DNA from: Chitinophagaceae bacterium
Lineage (GTDB): Bacteria; Bacteroidota; Bacteroidia; Chitinophagales; Chitinophagaceae
Direction: 5' to 3'
Length of the DNA: 57,829 bases
Assembly: GCA_947458625.1 (NCBI GenBank)
Contig: CANGZN010000001.1
Location: forward strand, 1-57,829
Shown: in pieces, positions 18,980-29,499 of the stretch
Layout of the letters: the number at the start of each line of letters is the position of its first letter
Position numbering within the stretch: the first letter of the stretch is position 1
Program-made: the position numbers and the translations under genes
The notes under the pieces: generated by a model
What the model was told of the DNA's origin: nothing
The model's database searches: none
Seen by the model: only the letters and a program-made list of their open reading frames with translations

Positions 18980-21604
18980 GTGGCAAAAAGCAGTGGCGAT
19001 ACCCCCATGATGCAACAGCATCGGATGATCAAGCAAAAACATCCGGATGCCATTCTGTTATTCCGGGTGGGCGATTTTTATGAAACCTTTGGAAATGATG
19101 CTGTGATTGCCTCACGCATATTGGGCATCACCCTGACCAAACGGAACAATGGTGCCGCCGCAGAATCCGAACTGGCGGGATTCCCGCACCATGCACTTGA
19201 CAACTATTTACATAAGCTGGTGAAGGCCGGTCACCGCGTGGCCGTCTGCGATCAGCTGGAAGACCCTAAACAAGCCAAGGGCGTTGTCAAACGAGGTGTC
19301 ACGGACCTGGTCAGCCCGGGCACTGCCATTCAGGACAAACTCCTCGAACATCGAACCAATAACTTTCTGGCGGCTTTGCATGTAGGCGGACCGACCACCT
19401 TAGGCATAGCCTTTCTGGATCTATCAACCGGCGAATTCTTTCTGGCAGAAGGCAATCGCGACTACGCTGATAAATTGATACAAAGCCTCCGTCCCACCGA
19501 GTTGATTTTGGCAAAAGACAAACAAAAAGAAATACGCGAGTGGCTTAGCGAGGGCATCTATCAATACGGCCTCGACCCCTGGGTATTCGATACTCAATAT
19601 GGGCAGGAGCAATTAACTAAGCATTTCCAAACACATTCGCTGAAAGGATTCGGAGTGGACGAACTTACTGCTGCCCAAACTGCCGGCGGTGCCATCCTGC
19701 ATTATCTGCGCGAAACGGAGCATCCGAACCTGCAACACATTCAAAACCTGCAACGGATCGACCGGGATGAATTTTTATGGATGGATCGCTTCACGATCCG
19801 AAACCTTGAATTACTAGAGGGGGCATTCGGTCAATCGCACTGCTTACTGTCGGTCTTGGATAAGACCCACTCACCCATGGGGGCGCGTCTGATGAGAAGA
19901 TGGATCTTATTTCCTCTAAGAGAAAAGGCCAGCATCGACGAGCGACTAAACATGGTTGAAAACTTGATGAACGAACCAGATACGCTAAAAGCCCTCCAAG
20001 ATCAACTGGGTCGCTGTGGAGATCTGGAACGACTGGCCGGAAAACTAGCAATGCGAAAGGCCAATCCGAGAGACTTGATTCAACTCGCAAAAGGCTTGGA
20101 TGCGGTTCGGTCCGTCGGTCAGTCACTCATCCCATTAACCACCGAATGGATACTTAAACGGAAATCAAAACTGAATGACTGCCCCGAACTCAGATCGATC
20201 ATTCACGCTACGCTGGAAGATGATGCACCGGCTGCTGTCAACAAAGGTGGACTCATCCGATCCGGCGTAGAGGAACGGCTCGATGAGTTGAGATCCATCT
20301 CCCGGGACGGAAAATCTTATCTCTCTAAACTGCAGCAACAAGAAGTCATACGCACCGGAATCCCATCCCTGAAGATCGGTTTCAATAATGTGTTCGGTTA
20401 TTACCTCGAAGTCACCCATGCCCATAAGGATAAGGTGCCGGCTGAGTGGATCCGTAAGCAAACGCTTACGAACGCTGAACGTTACGTTACCCCGGAATTG
20501 AAAGAATATGAGGAAAAGATTCTGGGAGCTGAAGAAAAGATCCTGTCGATCGAAAGCAGACTATTCGAAGAACTCGTTACAAAGATCCAACCCTATGTTG
20601 GCCCCCTGCAACAAACCGCAGCCCTGTTAGGTGAACTAGACTGTATCAGTTGTTTCGCCGAACGATCCACTTCGAACCGATACAGCAAACCATCACTCAC
20701 GACAGGTGATGAATTAAAGATCGAGGGCGGACGCCATCCGGTGATTGAGGCGATCCTGCCGGCAGGCACTGCTTATGTAGATAATGATGTGAATTTGAAC
20801 CGCAGTACTCAGCAGTTGATCATTCTGACCGGACCCAATATGAGCGGAAAATCGGCTTTACTACGTCAAACCGCACTCCTTACCCTGATGGCCCATATGG
20901 GGTGTTTTGTGCCAGCCCGATCTGCCGAGATCCCCCTTACCGATAAGATATTCACGCGCGTTGGAGCCTCTGATAATCTAAGTGGCGGAGAATCGACCTT
21001 TTTGGTAGAAATGAATGAAACGGCTTCTATCCTGAATAACCTCTCACACCGGAGTTTGATCATCTTAGATGAAATCGGTAGAGGTACTGCCACCTATGAC
21101 GGGATCTCCCTTGCCTGGAGCATCGCTGAGTACCTGCATGATCACCCGGGTAAGCCACTTACACTATTTGCCACACACTATCATGAACTCAATGAGCTGG
21201 AGAATAAATTGGAGCGTGTGCGGAATTTTCATCTGACCCACCGGGAGTCCGGGAACCGTATCCTGTTTTTACGAAAACTCGCAGCAGGCGGAAGCACCCA
21301 CAGTTTTGGGATCCACGTGGCTCGGATGGCAGGCATGCCCAACACCCTCCTGGACCGAGCTTCAGAAGTAATGAAAAAACTGGAAAACAATCACTTAAGC
21401 GATTCAATAGAAGCAAATAAGCAAGTTCTGTCAGCGCTTCCGACATCCCCAAAGGAGCAATTCCAACTATCCATATTTGACGCTCACAGCCAAACATTCA
21501 GTGAGATCCGATCGCTGGTGGAGGGCCTGGACATTGACCGGTTGACCCCTGTGGAGGCCTTGTTGAAACTGCAGGAGATTCAGCGAAAGATCTCAGGCCA
21601 GTAG
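18980..21604 (+). CDS. mutS: DNA mismatch repair protein MutS
   Basis: TPMMQQ, FRVGDFYETF, TGPNMSGKS, DEIGRGT, FATHYHE; likely GTG start at 18980. Confidence 0.97.
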   Translation: MAKSSGDTPMMQQHRMIKQKHPDAILLFRVGDFYETFGNDAVIASRILGITLTKRNNGAAAESELAGFPHHALDNYLHKLVKAGHRVAVCDQLEDPKQAKGVVKRGVTDLVSPGTAIQDKLLEHRTNNFLAALHVGGPTTLGIAFLDLSTGEFFLAEGNRDYADKLIQSLRPTELILAKDKQKEIREWLSEGIYQYGLDPWVFDTQYGQEQLTKHFQTHSLKGFGVDELTAAQTAGGAILHYLRETEHPNLQHIQNLQRIDRDEFLWMDRFTIRNLELLEGAFGQSHCLLSVLDKTHSPMGARLMRRWILFPLREKASIDERLNMVENLMNEPDTLKALQDQLGRCGDLERLAGKLAMRKANPRDLIQLAKGLDAVRSVGQSLIPLTTEWILKRKSKLNDCPELRSIIHATLEDDAPAAVNKGGLIRSGVEERLDELRSISRDGKSYLSKLQQQEVIRTGIPSLKIGFNNVFGYYLEVTHAHKDKVPAEWIRKQTLTNAERYVTPELKEYEEKILGAEEKILSIESRLFEELVTKIQPYVGPLQQTAALLGELDCISCFAERSTSNRYSKPSLTTGDELKIEGGRHPVIEAILPAGTAYVDNDVNLNRSTQQLIILTGPNMSGKSALLRQTALLTLMAHMGCFVPARSAEIPLTDKIFTRVGASDNLSGGESTFLVEMNETASILNNLSHRSLIILDEIGRGTATYDGISLAWSIAEYLHDHPGKPLTLFATHYHELNELENKLERVRNFHLTHRESGNRILFLRKLAAGGSTHSFGIHVARMAGMPNTLLDRASEVMKKLENNHLSDSIEANKQVLSALPTSPKEQFQLSIFDAHSQTFSEIRSLVEGLDIDRLTPVEALLKLQEIQRKISGQ

Positions 21605-21668
21605 TTGCTCTTTAAAGCGCTTGCCTGATATCCGAAACTCCCTTATTTTTACGCCAAATTAACTGCTC

Positions 21669-22163
21669 ATGAAATTCCTCCGGTTATCTGCCTTGGTATT
21701 GACTGCTTCGCTTTTGCTGACCGCATGTAAGCGCGATACCGAATTCACTAAGATCACTGAATTTAGAAAGAATAATATCGCCATGACCGGAGCCCTGAAT
21801 GTTCCGCAAACACCTTCAACGGCGCTGGGTACAATGGACATTTGGTACTCACGTGAGACCCGAATCCTGACATACACCCTGAACTGGTCTGGATTGACCG
21901 GAGCTGTGACCTCTGCAGGCATTATGGGTCCTGCCCCTGCAGGATTTGCGTCTGCATCTGTTTTGCAAAACATCAGCACTACGCCAATTGTACGCTGCGC
22001 AACCGTATCCAACACCTCTTGCGGTTCACTCCGTGGCACGTTGCTGGTTGATGGCTTTGTCGTAACTGAAGACAACTTGCTTGCCGGAATCTACTACCTC
22101 ACGCTTCGTACTGCTGCTTACCCGGCAACAGGTGAGATCCGCGCACAAATTAAGTTCGACTGA
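21669..22163 (+). CDS. CHRD-domain lipoprotein
   Basis: LLLTA-C lipobox; NWSGLTG, YYLTLRTAAYPATGEIRAQI CHRD C-terminal motif. Confidence 0.82.
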   Translation: MKFLRLSALVLTASLLLTACKRDTEFTKITEFRKNNIAMTGALNVPQTPSTALGTMDIWYSRETRILTYTLNWSGLTGAVTSAGIMGPAPAGFASASVLQNISTTPIVRCATVSNTSCGSLRGTLLVDGFVVTEDNLLAGIYYLTLRTAAYPATGEIRAQIKFD

Positions 22164-22185
22164 TAAATCATTATCTCTTTAATAG

Positions 22186-22215
22186 AAGCCCTCCCCGCTG
22201 GAGGGCTTTTTTTTT
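22186..22215 (+). terminator. Intrinsic terminator after the CHRD gene
   Basis: AAGCCCTCC-CCGCT-GGAGGGCTT followed by a T run. Confidence 0.85.
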
Positions 22216-22597
22216 AATTGGACTCGAACCAAACAGGACTGGTATTATCATGATCGCCCTGATAATTGATGAATAATTCCTCCCCGGCCTCAATATCCCG
22301 AACGGCTCGGATCCGGATCAATTCTGTATCCCATTCCATCTCATATTCACAATTACTGGGCGAACGATGATTGTACATCGGTACATACCCCAATGCCATT
22401 GCACACTGATCCGAATGCTCGCCCCAGAGAAAAATATAATCATGTAACCGGGTCTGGTCGATGAATGTCCGTTCGTTGGCGGAGAGCACGATCACGGGTG
22501 CGATCTCCAGAATGGTGCCTTTATCGATTGGAACCTCAGTAAATACACCTCGTCCGCGGCCGGGCGAAGGGGCCAGAAAAAGTGTTGGAAGGATCAT
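22214..22597 (-). CDS. SET-domain protein (putative lysine methyltransferase)
   Basis: GRGVF, YNHRSPSNC, AVRDIEAGEELFINY; start trimmed to ATG 22597 to avoid overlapping mgtE. Confidence 0.88.
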   Translation of the reverse strand: MILPTLFLAPSPGRGRGVFTEVPIDKGTILEIAPVIVLSANERTFIDQTRLHDYIFLWGEHSDQCAMALGYVPMYNHRSPSNCEYEMEWDTELIRIRAVRDIEAGEELFINYQGDHDNTSPVWFESN

Positions 22598-22666
22598 ACT
22601 CAAAACTACACCCGCAGGAGCATGAAATTCATATTCGCCGAGCAGTGGTTTCCGTAATTTCGCGGC

Positions 22667-24055
22667 ATGTCGGCTGAAATCAACCAAGTGAGTCTGCGGG
22701 AGGAATTCCTCCGGATCCGTGAGCAAGGAGATCCCTTGCTGCTGCGCAACTATTTGGATGATCAAAACATCAGTGATATCGCTGCTTATTTGGATGAAGA
22801 GACTGAACTCGCGACCGAGATCATCGCGGCGATGTCCATGCACCGGGCCGTCAGCGTATTCAAAATACTTGACCTCAGCCTGCAAAAACAAGTCATCCGC
22901 GAACTCCCCGCCAACCTCACCGCCAACCTGCTCAACGAATTACCTGCGGATGACCGAACCGACTTCCTGGAAGAATTACCCAGCAATGTCGTTCGCGAAC
23001 TCATCAAACTCCTCGAACCCGAAGAAAGAAAGATCACCCTTTCGCTTTTGGGGTATCCGGAAAACTCCATCGGTCGTTTGATGACACCTGACTACGTGTA
23101 CGTCTACCCCCACAATACCATTGAAGAGGTTTTTGCCACCATCCGGAAGTATGGAAAGGACAGTGAAACAATCAATGTTATTTATGTCATCAACGAAAAA
23201 GGTGAACTAATCGATGACATCCGCATCCGCGACATTATTCTGAATGCTCCCGAAAAAAGAATATCTGAACTGATCGACGGACGTTTCATTGCCCTCACTC
23301 CTGAAGAGGATCAGGAGACTGCCAGTGAGATCTTCAAAATGAACAACCGGGTGGCTCTGCCGGTGATCAGTCGAAGTAATAAACTATTGGGGATCGTAAC
23401 CATCGATGACATTCTTTGGGTAGCACAAGAAGAATTTACGGAAGACATGCAGAAAATGGGGGGAACGGAAGCCCTCAATGAACCCTACCTCGACGTGCCC
23501 TTACTCAAACTGTACAGAAAGCGGATCGTATGGCTACTGATCCTTTTCATCGGCGAAACCATGACCATCGCTGCCATGTCCGGGTTTCAGCAAACGCTCG
23601 AACACGTGTTGGTCCTGTCAACCTTCATCCCGCTGATCATATCGAGTGGAGGTAATAGTGGCTCACAGGCGGCAACTCTAATCATTCAAGCCATGGCGTT
23701 GGGTGAGATCACAGTGAAAGACTGGTGGTCGATCGCCAGAAGAGAAATTATTTCGGGACTGATCATGGGTATTACCCTGGGGATCATCGGATACCTCATC
23801 GTGTTCGGAGGACATGAATTCTTCGATCTATTTGGAGAACATTTCCGAAGAGTTGGTATGGCCATTGGCGTGTCCCTGGTGGGTGTCGTGCTTTGGGGTA
23901 CCCTAATGGGCTCCATGTTACCCTTATTATTAAAAAGATTGGGAGCCGATCCGGCCACCTCCTCCACCCCATTCATTGCTACACTGGTAGATGTCACCGG
24001 CCTGCTGATCTACTTCGGAACCGCCTATTGGCTGCTGAAGGGGATTCTACTTTGA
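22667..24055 (+). CDS. mgtE: Magnesium transporter MgtE
   Basis: N domain, CBS pair (GRLMTPDY, GIVTIDD), SSGGNSGSQ, DPATSSTPFIATLVDVTG. Confidence 0.96.
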   Translation: MSAEINQVSLREEFLRIREQGDPLLLRNYLDDQNISDIAAYLDEETELATEIIAAMSMHRAVSVFKILDLSLQKQVIRELPANLTANLLNELPADDRTDFLEELPSNVVRELIKLLEPEERKITLSLLGYPENSIGRLMTPDYVYVYPHNTIEEVFATIRKYGKDSETINVIYVINEKGELIDDIRIRDIILNAPEKRISELIDGRFIALTPEEDQETASEIFKMNNRVALPVISRSNKLLGIVTIDDILWVAQEEFTEDMQKMGGTEALNEPYLDVPLLKLYRKRIVWLLILFIGETMTIAAMSGFQQTLEHVLVLSTFIPLIISSGGNSGSQAATLIIQAMALGEITVKDWWSIARREIISGLIMGITLGIIGYLIVFGGHEFFDLFGEHFRRVGMAIGVSLVGVVLWGTLMGSMLPLLLKRLGADPATSSTPFIATLVDVTGLLIYFGTAYWLLKGILL

Positions 24056-26254
24056 TCCGAGCCAACGAAGAAATTCACTCGCATTTTCGATGAACAGTTT
24101 CAGTTCTTTTTCCTGTGACAAGAGAAAGGAATTCTCTGAAAACTTGCCGACCACTTTATCCATCTCTTCTTGTGTATCATACATCATGCGACGAAAAGCC
24201 TGTTGATGATCTTTGGCTCTGGATTGGCGGATCATTTCCATCATCCAGATCTTAGTCTCAATCGCTTCTTTCAGCCAACTGACGAATACCGATTTTGGAA
24301 CGGTAGCAGGTTTCAATCCCTCCATTGAACAGGCTGCTGCAAAGGCATGCATTGCCTTTTTGTGAGCATACAGGCTGGCCTCTTCATCATAAAAAGCATG
24401 TATCGATGGCCAGTCGTTGATTTTATCCTGCCGAATTTTCTTCATCAACAGCATCAAGGAAGGCTCCGGCATAAGTTGTCCGCCTACATTCCGCCAGGTA
24501 CACAAAGCAGCTTTTTCGAATCGCTTTCGGAATGGGAGAAATTGTTTGGAAGGCTTACCGAACCAGGATGTCATCAACTGCTCGGCCGCATGATAACGGA
24601 TTAGTCTGCGAAACAGATCGTAGGACTGGTCGGCCTTGATGAGCCTTGCCTCACGCTTGCTGTTTTCAATCCCCTCCAGCGTCACGGTCAACTTCGCTAC
24701 TTGGCCGGGATCTGAAAGCAATAGTTTTTTGCCGATCTGCGAGGGAGTCTCGCCTGAAAGTTTTTTCGGATTTGCTCGTTGCCAGGCAGTACCAACAGCT
24801 CCCTCGATGCGTCTCAACGCATGAAGCAATTCGTTGATGGTATCGGGCGCCAGGTACTCGTATTCGATGAGGCGAGACGTATTCGTTCGTTTATCGCGCT
24901 GTTTGTATTTAAGCACGTTCCTGGAAAGTGCATACTGGTTATGCAGGAACCAATAACCCGGCATGATGATAAGTCGGTCATTGGCCAGATCGTTTGAAAC
25001 CAGCGAGAAAGGTAGATCGATGTTCAGCTCAGCGGGGTAATCGCCTTTTGCCAACAGGGTATAGGATGCAAATTTGGAATTGTGTTTAAGGCTGACGCAA
25101 AGACCCGGCCAGAACCCCCTTCCGGCGAGCAGTTCTCCGTCAGCCGATCGGGAATTATGATTGGAACCGATTGTGGCACCGGCCGCCAGATTACTTTGTC
25201 CGAGTAAAACAGATGCACACAAGAACGAGTTATTATGATGTTGTTCATGACCCGGATAGATCAGTGAATTCAACACCTCACAGCAAGAGATCGTGGAGTT
25301 CTCTCCTAAATAGGAGTTGATCAGACGAGCGCCATACTTCAGTTGAGAATGAGCCCCCATGATAAAGCGGACGGCTTTAACTCCATAAAAAGCCCTGCAA
25401 CCGGGCCCCATGATTCCATTCACCAACTCAGAACCTTCTCCCACTTGAACAGGTGCCTCTGCAGAAGAATCAATGGTCAGGTTCTTTAGTTTATTCGCCC
25501 CCTTGATGTACGCATCGCTTCCAACCCAAACATCTTTCAGGATGTGACAATTTTTGATGACTGTTCGCTCCCCCACTTTCCCATAGTAACCTCTTTTCAC
25601 ATCAAACAGATCATCTGTGAATTGAAGAAGTTTATTCATTAATTCTTCATCATCCCGATATTTTGACCAGATCCATGCATCACCAGATTCCATGCCCTTG
25701 AATGGAAGTATAGCACGTGCGCCATTTTCATTAGCGATCTCCATCCAGATACGGACGGATTCAGACTCACCGACTTTCACTACTCCATTACCGAATTTGG
25801 CATGATCGGTGGTAGCCATCTCATGAATATTCACTAGCATGGCATCATCCCCGATGATATAGTGACTCATAAATCGAACGTTCTCCACTACTACATTATC
25901 CCCGAAATCACAACTGATCACCGTGCTGTTGTAGATCCCCACGGGTAGACGCAGATTATTAAACTCATGGTAATATGGCTCAAGCCTTCCTATGCGTATC
26001 ATCCCAAAAAAACTGGAGCGCTTGATCAAACGAGCATCGAAAGGATCTAGTACCGTGATGTTCTTCCAATCATCAGCACTATTATCATTTTTCTCCAGTA
26101 TAAGGATCTCCTTGGCAGTTAGTGCGCGATACCCACTCAGCTTGCGATGCTGTCTGTTGCGCAAGTAAAACTCATCCTTGCCCTTTGGGAGGTATTTTGG
26201 ATCGATGAATCCGAAACCCAACGACTCAATGGATCGACGCTTGATGATGTTCAT
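24047..26254 (-). CDS. DUF4954-like protein with left-handed beta-helix (hexapeptide-like) core
   Basis: 735 aa; repeated (V/I/L)-G-x-x-(S/A/T)-x-(I/L/V) units; HEQHHNNSFL, GATIGSNHNSR; family name from memory. Confidence 0.72.
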   Translation of the reverse strand: MNIIKRRSIESLGFGFIDPKYLPKGKDEFYLRNRQHRKLSGYRALTAKEILILEKNDNSADDWKNITVLDPFDARLIKRSSFFGMIRIGRLEPYYHEFNNLRLPVGIYNSTVISCDFGDNVVVENVRFMSHYIIGDDAMLVNIHEMATTDHAKFGNGVVKVGESESVRIWMEIANENGARAILPFKGMESGDAWIWSKYRDDEELMNKLLQFTDDLFDVKRGYYGKVGERTVIKNCHILKDVWVGSDAYIKGANKLKNLTIDSSAEAPVQVGEGSELVNGIMGPGCRAFYGVKAVRFIMGAHSQLKYGARLINSYLGENSTISCCEVLNSLIYPGHEQHHNNSFLCASVLLGQSNLAAGATIGSNHNSRSADGELLAGRGFWPGLCVSLKHNSKFASYTLLAKGDYPAELNIDLPFSLVSNDLANDRLIIMPGYWFLHNQYALSRNVLKYKQRDKRTNTSRLIEYEYLAPDTINELLHALRRIEGAVGTAWQRANPKKLSGETPSQIGKKLLLSDPGQVAKLTVTLEGIENSKREARLIKADQSYDLFRRLIRYHAAEQLMTSWFGKPSKQFLPFRKRFEKAALCTWRNVGGQLMPEPSLMLLMKKIRQDKINDWPSIHAFYDEEASLYAHKKAMHAFAAACSMEGLKPATVPKSVFVSWLKEAIETKIWMMEMIRQSRAKDHQQAFRRMMYDTQEEMDKVVGKFSENSFLLSQEKELKLFIENASEFLRWLGSK

Positions 26255-26258
26255 AGTA

Positions 26259-28100
26259 TTATTCTACGGTAACAGACTTGGCCAGATTTCGAGGCTTATC
26301 GACATCAAGTCCTTTTGCTACACCGATGTAGTAAGCCAATAACTGCAAGGGTATCACACTGAGTATGGGTGCGATCACTTCATCACAGGCCGGGATTTCG
26401 ATAAAAGATTCAGTCAGACTGGCAGCCCACTCATCCCCTTCGGTGATCACGGCGATCACACGACCCTTTCGAGCTTTTATCTCCTGCATGTTGCTGACCA
26501 CTTTTTCATGGTAGGCGTCACGGGTAGCCACGAATACCACTGGCAACTGATCGTCCACCAGAGCGATCGGCCCGTGCTTCATTTCAGCTGCAGGATATCC
26601 TTCTGCATGTATGTACGAGATCTCTTTCAATTTAAGAGCTCCTTCTAAGGCTACCGGGAAATTGTATCCTCTTCCCAGATAAAGAAAATCGCGGGCGGAT
26701 TCGTATCGAAGAGACAGGTCCTGAATCGATTCGCTTTTTGAAAGGATCGACTGTGCTTTTTCTGGGACAGTAGCCAGTTCCTCCAGTAATAGTTGCTTCC
26801 GATCGTCAGATAAGCACCCTCTCCAAGATCCCAACTGAATGGCCATGAGATACAACACCGCTAGTTGAGCCGTGAAGGCCTTGGTGGACGCCACACCGAT
26901 CTCGGGACCGGCATGCGTGTAACATCCGGCATGACTGATTCGGGCAATGGATGATCCTACTACATTGACAACGCCGAGTATGATCGCTCCCTGTTCTTTC
27001 GCCCGCTCGATGGCTACTAAGGTATCAGCTGTTTCGCCACTTTGAGAAATGGCGATGATCACGTCTCCGGGATGGATCACCGGGTTCCGGTATCGGAATT
27101 CAGAAGCATATTCAACTTCTACATTGACACGCGCCAGTTCCTCGAATACATATTCGGCGACCAGACCGGCATGCCAGCTGGTACCACAGGCCACGATCAC
27201 GATCCTGTTCGCGGCGATCAATTCTTGTTTGTATGTTTCCAATCCGCTAAGCGTGACTGTGGATTCGGTCGTATCCATCCGTCCCCGCAGTGAATCGTAG
27301 ATCGTCTTTGGTTGCTCGAAAATCTCTTTGAGCATGAAATGGTCGAAACCACCTTTTTCAATGGCGGCCAGCTCCAGGTCGAGTTGTTGTATGTAGGGAG
27401 TGAGGGTCTCATTCCCGAGGTTCTTAAGGATCAATTCATCCGGACGAACAATGGCCAGCTCATAATCATTCACATAAACTACTTGCTTGGTGTACTCCAA
27501 CATTGGAGAGGCATCGGATCCCAAGAAATGTTCGTGCTGACCGACTCCGATAACAAGCGGGCTTCCTTTTCTGGCGGCAATGATGGTGCCGGGATCCTCC
27601 TCATTCAATAACAAGATCACATACGCACCGGTCACCCTTTTCAAGGCAACCCGCAAGGCTTCCTCCAATGTGCAGTTGTTATTACGCTGGATCTCCTCAA
27701 TGAAATTCAGCAATACTTCCGTATCGGTATCACTTTGAAATTGATACCCTTTTGTAGTCAGTTCCTGTTTGAGCTGGTGATAATTTTCAATGATGCCGTT
27801 ATGGATCATGGCCAGTTTACCGCTGGCAGAACGATGTGGATGCGCATTGCGGTCACTCGGCTCCCCATGGGTGGCCCACCGGGTGTGACCGATCGCCGTA
27901 CCCCCTTGGATATCCTCTCCGATGACGGACTCCTCGAGTTGAGCAACCTTTCCTTTTTTCTTATAGACGCGAATAGGCCCGACCAGGTCCTGTATAGCTA
28001 CGCCCGCACTGTCATAGCCCCTATACTCCAGTCGTTTCAAACCTTTGACCACGACAGGATAGGCATGACGCGGACCTGTATAGCCCACGATACCACACAT
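26259..28100 (-). CDS. glmS: Glutamine-fructose-6-phosphate transaminase (isomerizing)
   Basis: MCGIVG, GHTRWATHG, HNGIIEN, SQSGETADT, PRNLAKSVTVE. Confidence 0.98.
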   Translation of the reverse strand: MCGIVGYTGPRHAYPVVVKGLKRLEYRGYDSAGVAIQDLVGPIRVYKKKGKVAQLEESVIGEDIQGGTAIGHTRWATHGEPSDRNAHPHRSASGKLAMIHNGIIENYHQLKQELTTKGYQFQSDTDTEVLLNFIEEIQRNNNCTLEEALRVALKRVTGAYVILLLNEEDPGTIIAARKGSPLVIGVGQHEHFLGSDASPMLEYTKQVVYVNDYELAIVRPDELILKNLGNETLTPYIQQLDLELAAIEKGGFDHFMLKEIFEQPKTIYDSLRGRMDTTESTVTLSGLETYKQELIAANRIVIVACGTSWHAGLVAEYVFEELARVNVEVEYASEFRYRNPVIHPGDVIIAISQSGETADTLVAIERAKEQGAIILGVVNVVGSSIARISHAGCYTHAGPEIGVASTKAFTAQLAVLYLMAIQLGSWRGCLSDDRKQLLLEELATVPEKAQSILSKSESIQDLSLRYESARDFLYLGRGYNFPVALEGALKLKEISYIHAEGYPAAEMKHGPIALVDDQLPVVFVATRDAYHEKVVSNMQEIKARKGRVIAVITEGDEWAASLTESFIEIPACDEVIAPILSVIPLQLLAYYIGVAKGLDVDKPRNLAKSVTVE

Positions 28101-28150
28101 AAGCAAGTGTTTGAGCCAAGATATGAAAAACCCTTGTTATATAGGAATGC

Positions 28151-29464
28151 TTACTTTTTCCGAAAGAATAATCGGACAGGCACACCCGTAAAATCAAAAT
28201 GCTGACGCAATTGATTCTCCAGATAATTCTTGTACGGCTGCTTGATGTCGTCAGGAAAATTGCAGAAAAATGCAAAGGAAGGAACCGCAGTAGGCAATTG
28301 AGTTACGAACTTGATCTTGATCGGATGCCCTCGAACCACGGGCGGATGATACGCTTGTATAGCTTGCAGCATCACATCATTGAGAGCAGAGGTTGGTACT
28401 TTTCGTTGACGATTCTCGTATACGTCCAATGCCGTTTCAACGGCCTTGAATATGCGGGTCTTTTCTAACGCTGATATAAACAGAATGGGCACATCACTGA
28501 AGGGTGCCAATCGTTTTTTCAGTTCTTTCTCATAGATCACAGCCGTCTGGGTTTCTTTTTCTACCAGATCCCATTTGTTCACCAACACGACCACCCCCTT
28601 GCCTTTTCGAACGGCCAGGCTGAAAATATTCAAGTCCTGTGCTGCAATACCTTTTTGAGCATCCAACAACAACAAGCAAACATTGGCTTCATCCAATGCT
28701 TTGATCGCTCGGATCACGGAATAGAATTCCAGATCTTCGTGCACCTTTGATTTTCTTCGAATACCGGCGGTATCGATCAGGATGAATTCCTTTTGAAATA
28801 GTTTGTAATGAGTATGAATGGTATCGCGTGTTGTTCCTGCGATATCGCTGACAATGGTCCGCTCCTCCCCGATCAGGGCGTTCAATAAAGAAGATTTCCC
28901 GGTGTTCGGCTGACCAATGATGGCGATGCGAGGCAGATCGGCTTCCGCTTTGATCTCCTCCGTGGCTGAAGCAGGCATACCCTCTGTCAAGGCATCGAGC
29001 AATTCACCGGTACCACTGCCGCTGGCTGAGGCGATGAAAAACATCTTATCAAATCCCAGACTATAGAATTCGGAGGCTTCGAGCATTCGCTGGTTATCGT
29101 CAACCTTGTTGACAGTCAAAAAAACCGGTTTGGGACTTTTCCGGAGCACCCGGGCCATGGCATCATCCAATTCGGTCAGTCCCGTGGTGGCGTCAACTAC
29201 AAAAATCACCGCATGTGATTCCTCAACCGCAACCATCACCTGCTTGGCGATCTCTTTTTCAAACACATCCTCACTTCCATGTACAAACCCACCCGTATCA
29301 ATCACATTGAATGATTTGCCGTTCCAATCGGCCACGCCATATTGACGATCACGGGTTACACCGCTGACATCGTCCACGATCGCTTTACGCTGCTCAAGCA
29401 ATCGATTGAAAAGGGTGCTTTTCCCAACATTCGGTCTTCCCACAATGGCAACTGTATACGACAT
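28151..29464 (-). CDS. der: Ribosome biogenesis GTPase Der (EngA)
   Basis: Two GTPase domains (GRPNVGKS/DTGG/NKVD and GQPNTGKS/DTAG/NKWD); KH-like C-terminus; start trimmed to 29464. Confidence 0.97.
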   Translation of the reverse strand: MSYTVAIVGRPNVGKSTLFNRLLEQRKAIVDDVSGVTRDRQYGVADWNGKSFNVIDTGGFVHGSEDVFEKEIAKQVMVAVEESHAVIFVVDATTGLTELDDAMARVLRKSPKPVFLTVNKVDDNQRMLEASEFYSLGFDKMFFIASASGSGTGELLDALTEGMPASATEEIKAEADLPRIAIIGQPNTGKSSLLNALIGEERTIVSDIAGTTRDTIHTHYKLFQKEFILIDTAGIRRKSKVHEDLEFYSVIRAIKALDEANVCLLLLDAQKGIAAQDLNIFSLAVRKGKGVVVLVNKWDLVEKETQTAVIYEKELKKRLAPFSDVPILFISALEKTRIFKAVETALDVYENRQRKVPTSALNDVMLQAIQAYHPPVVRGHPIKIKFVTQLPTAVPSFAFFCNFPDDIKQPYKNYLENQLRQHFDFTGVPVRLFFRKK

Positions 29465-29499
29465 AATAAACGTTTCAATCTTATCAATAATCGGATGAA

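Noticed and set aside
22598-22891. N-terminal extension of the SET ORF overlapping mgtE
   Set aside because: It is the antisense shadow of mgtE; SET similarity begins at the ATG at 22597
28101-28150. glmS ribozyme
   Set aside because: The der-glmS gap is only ~50 bp, AT-rich and without the ribozyme core
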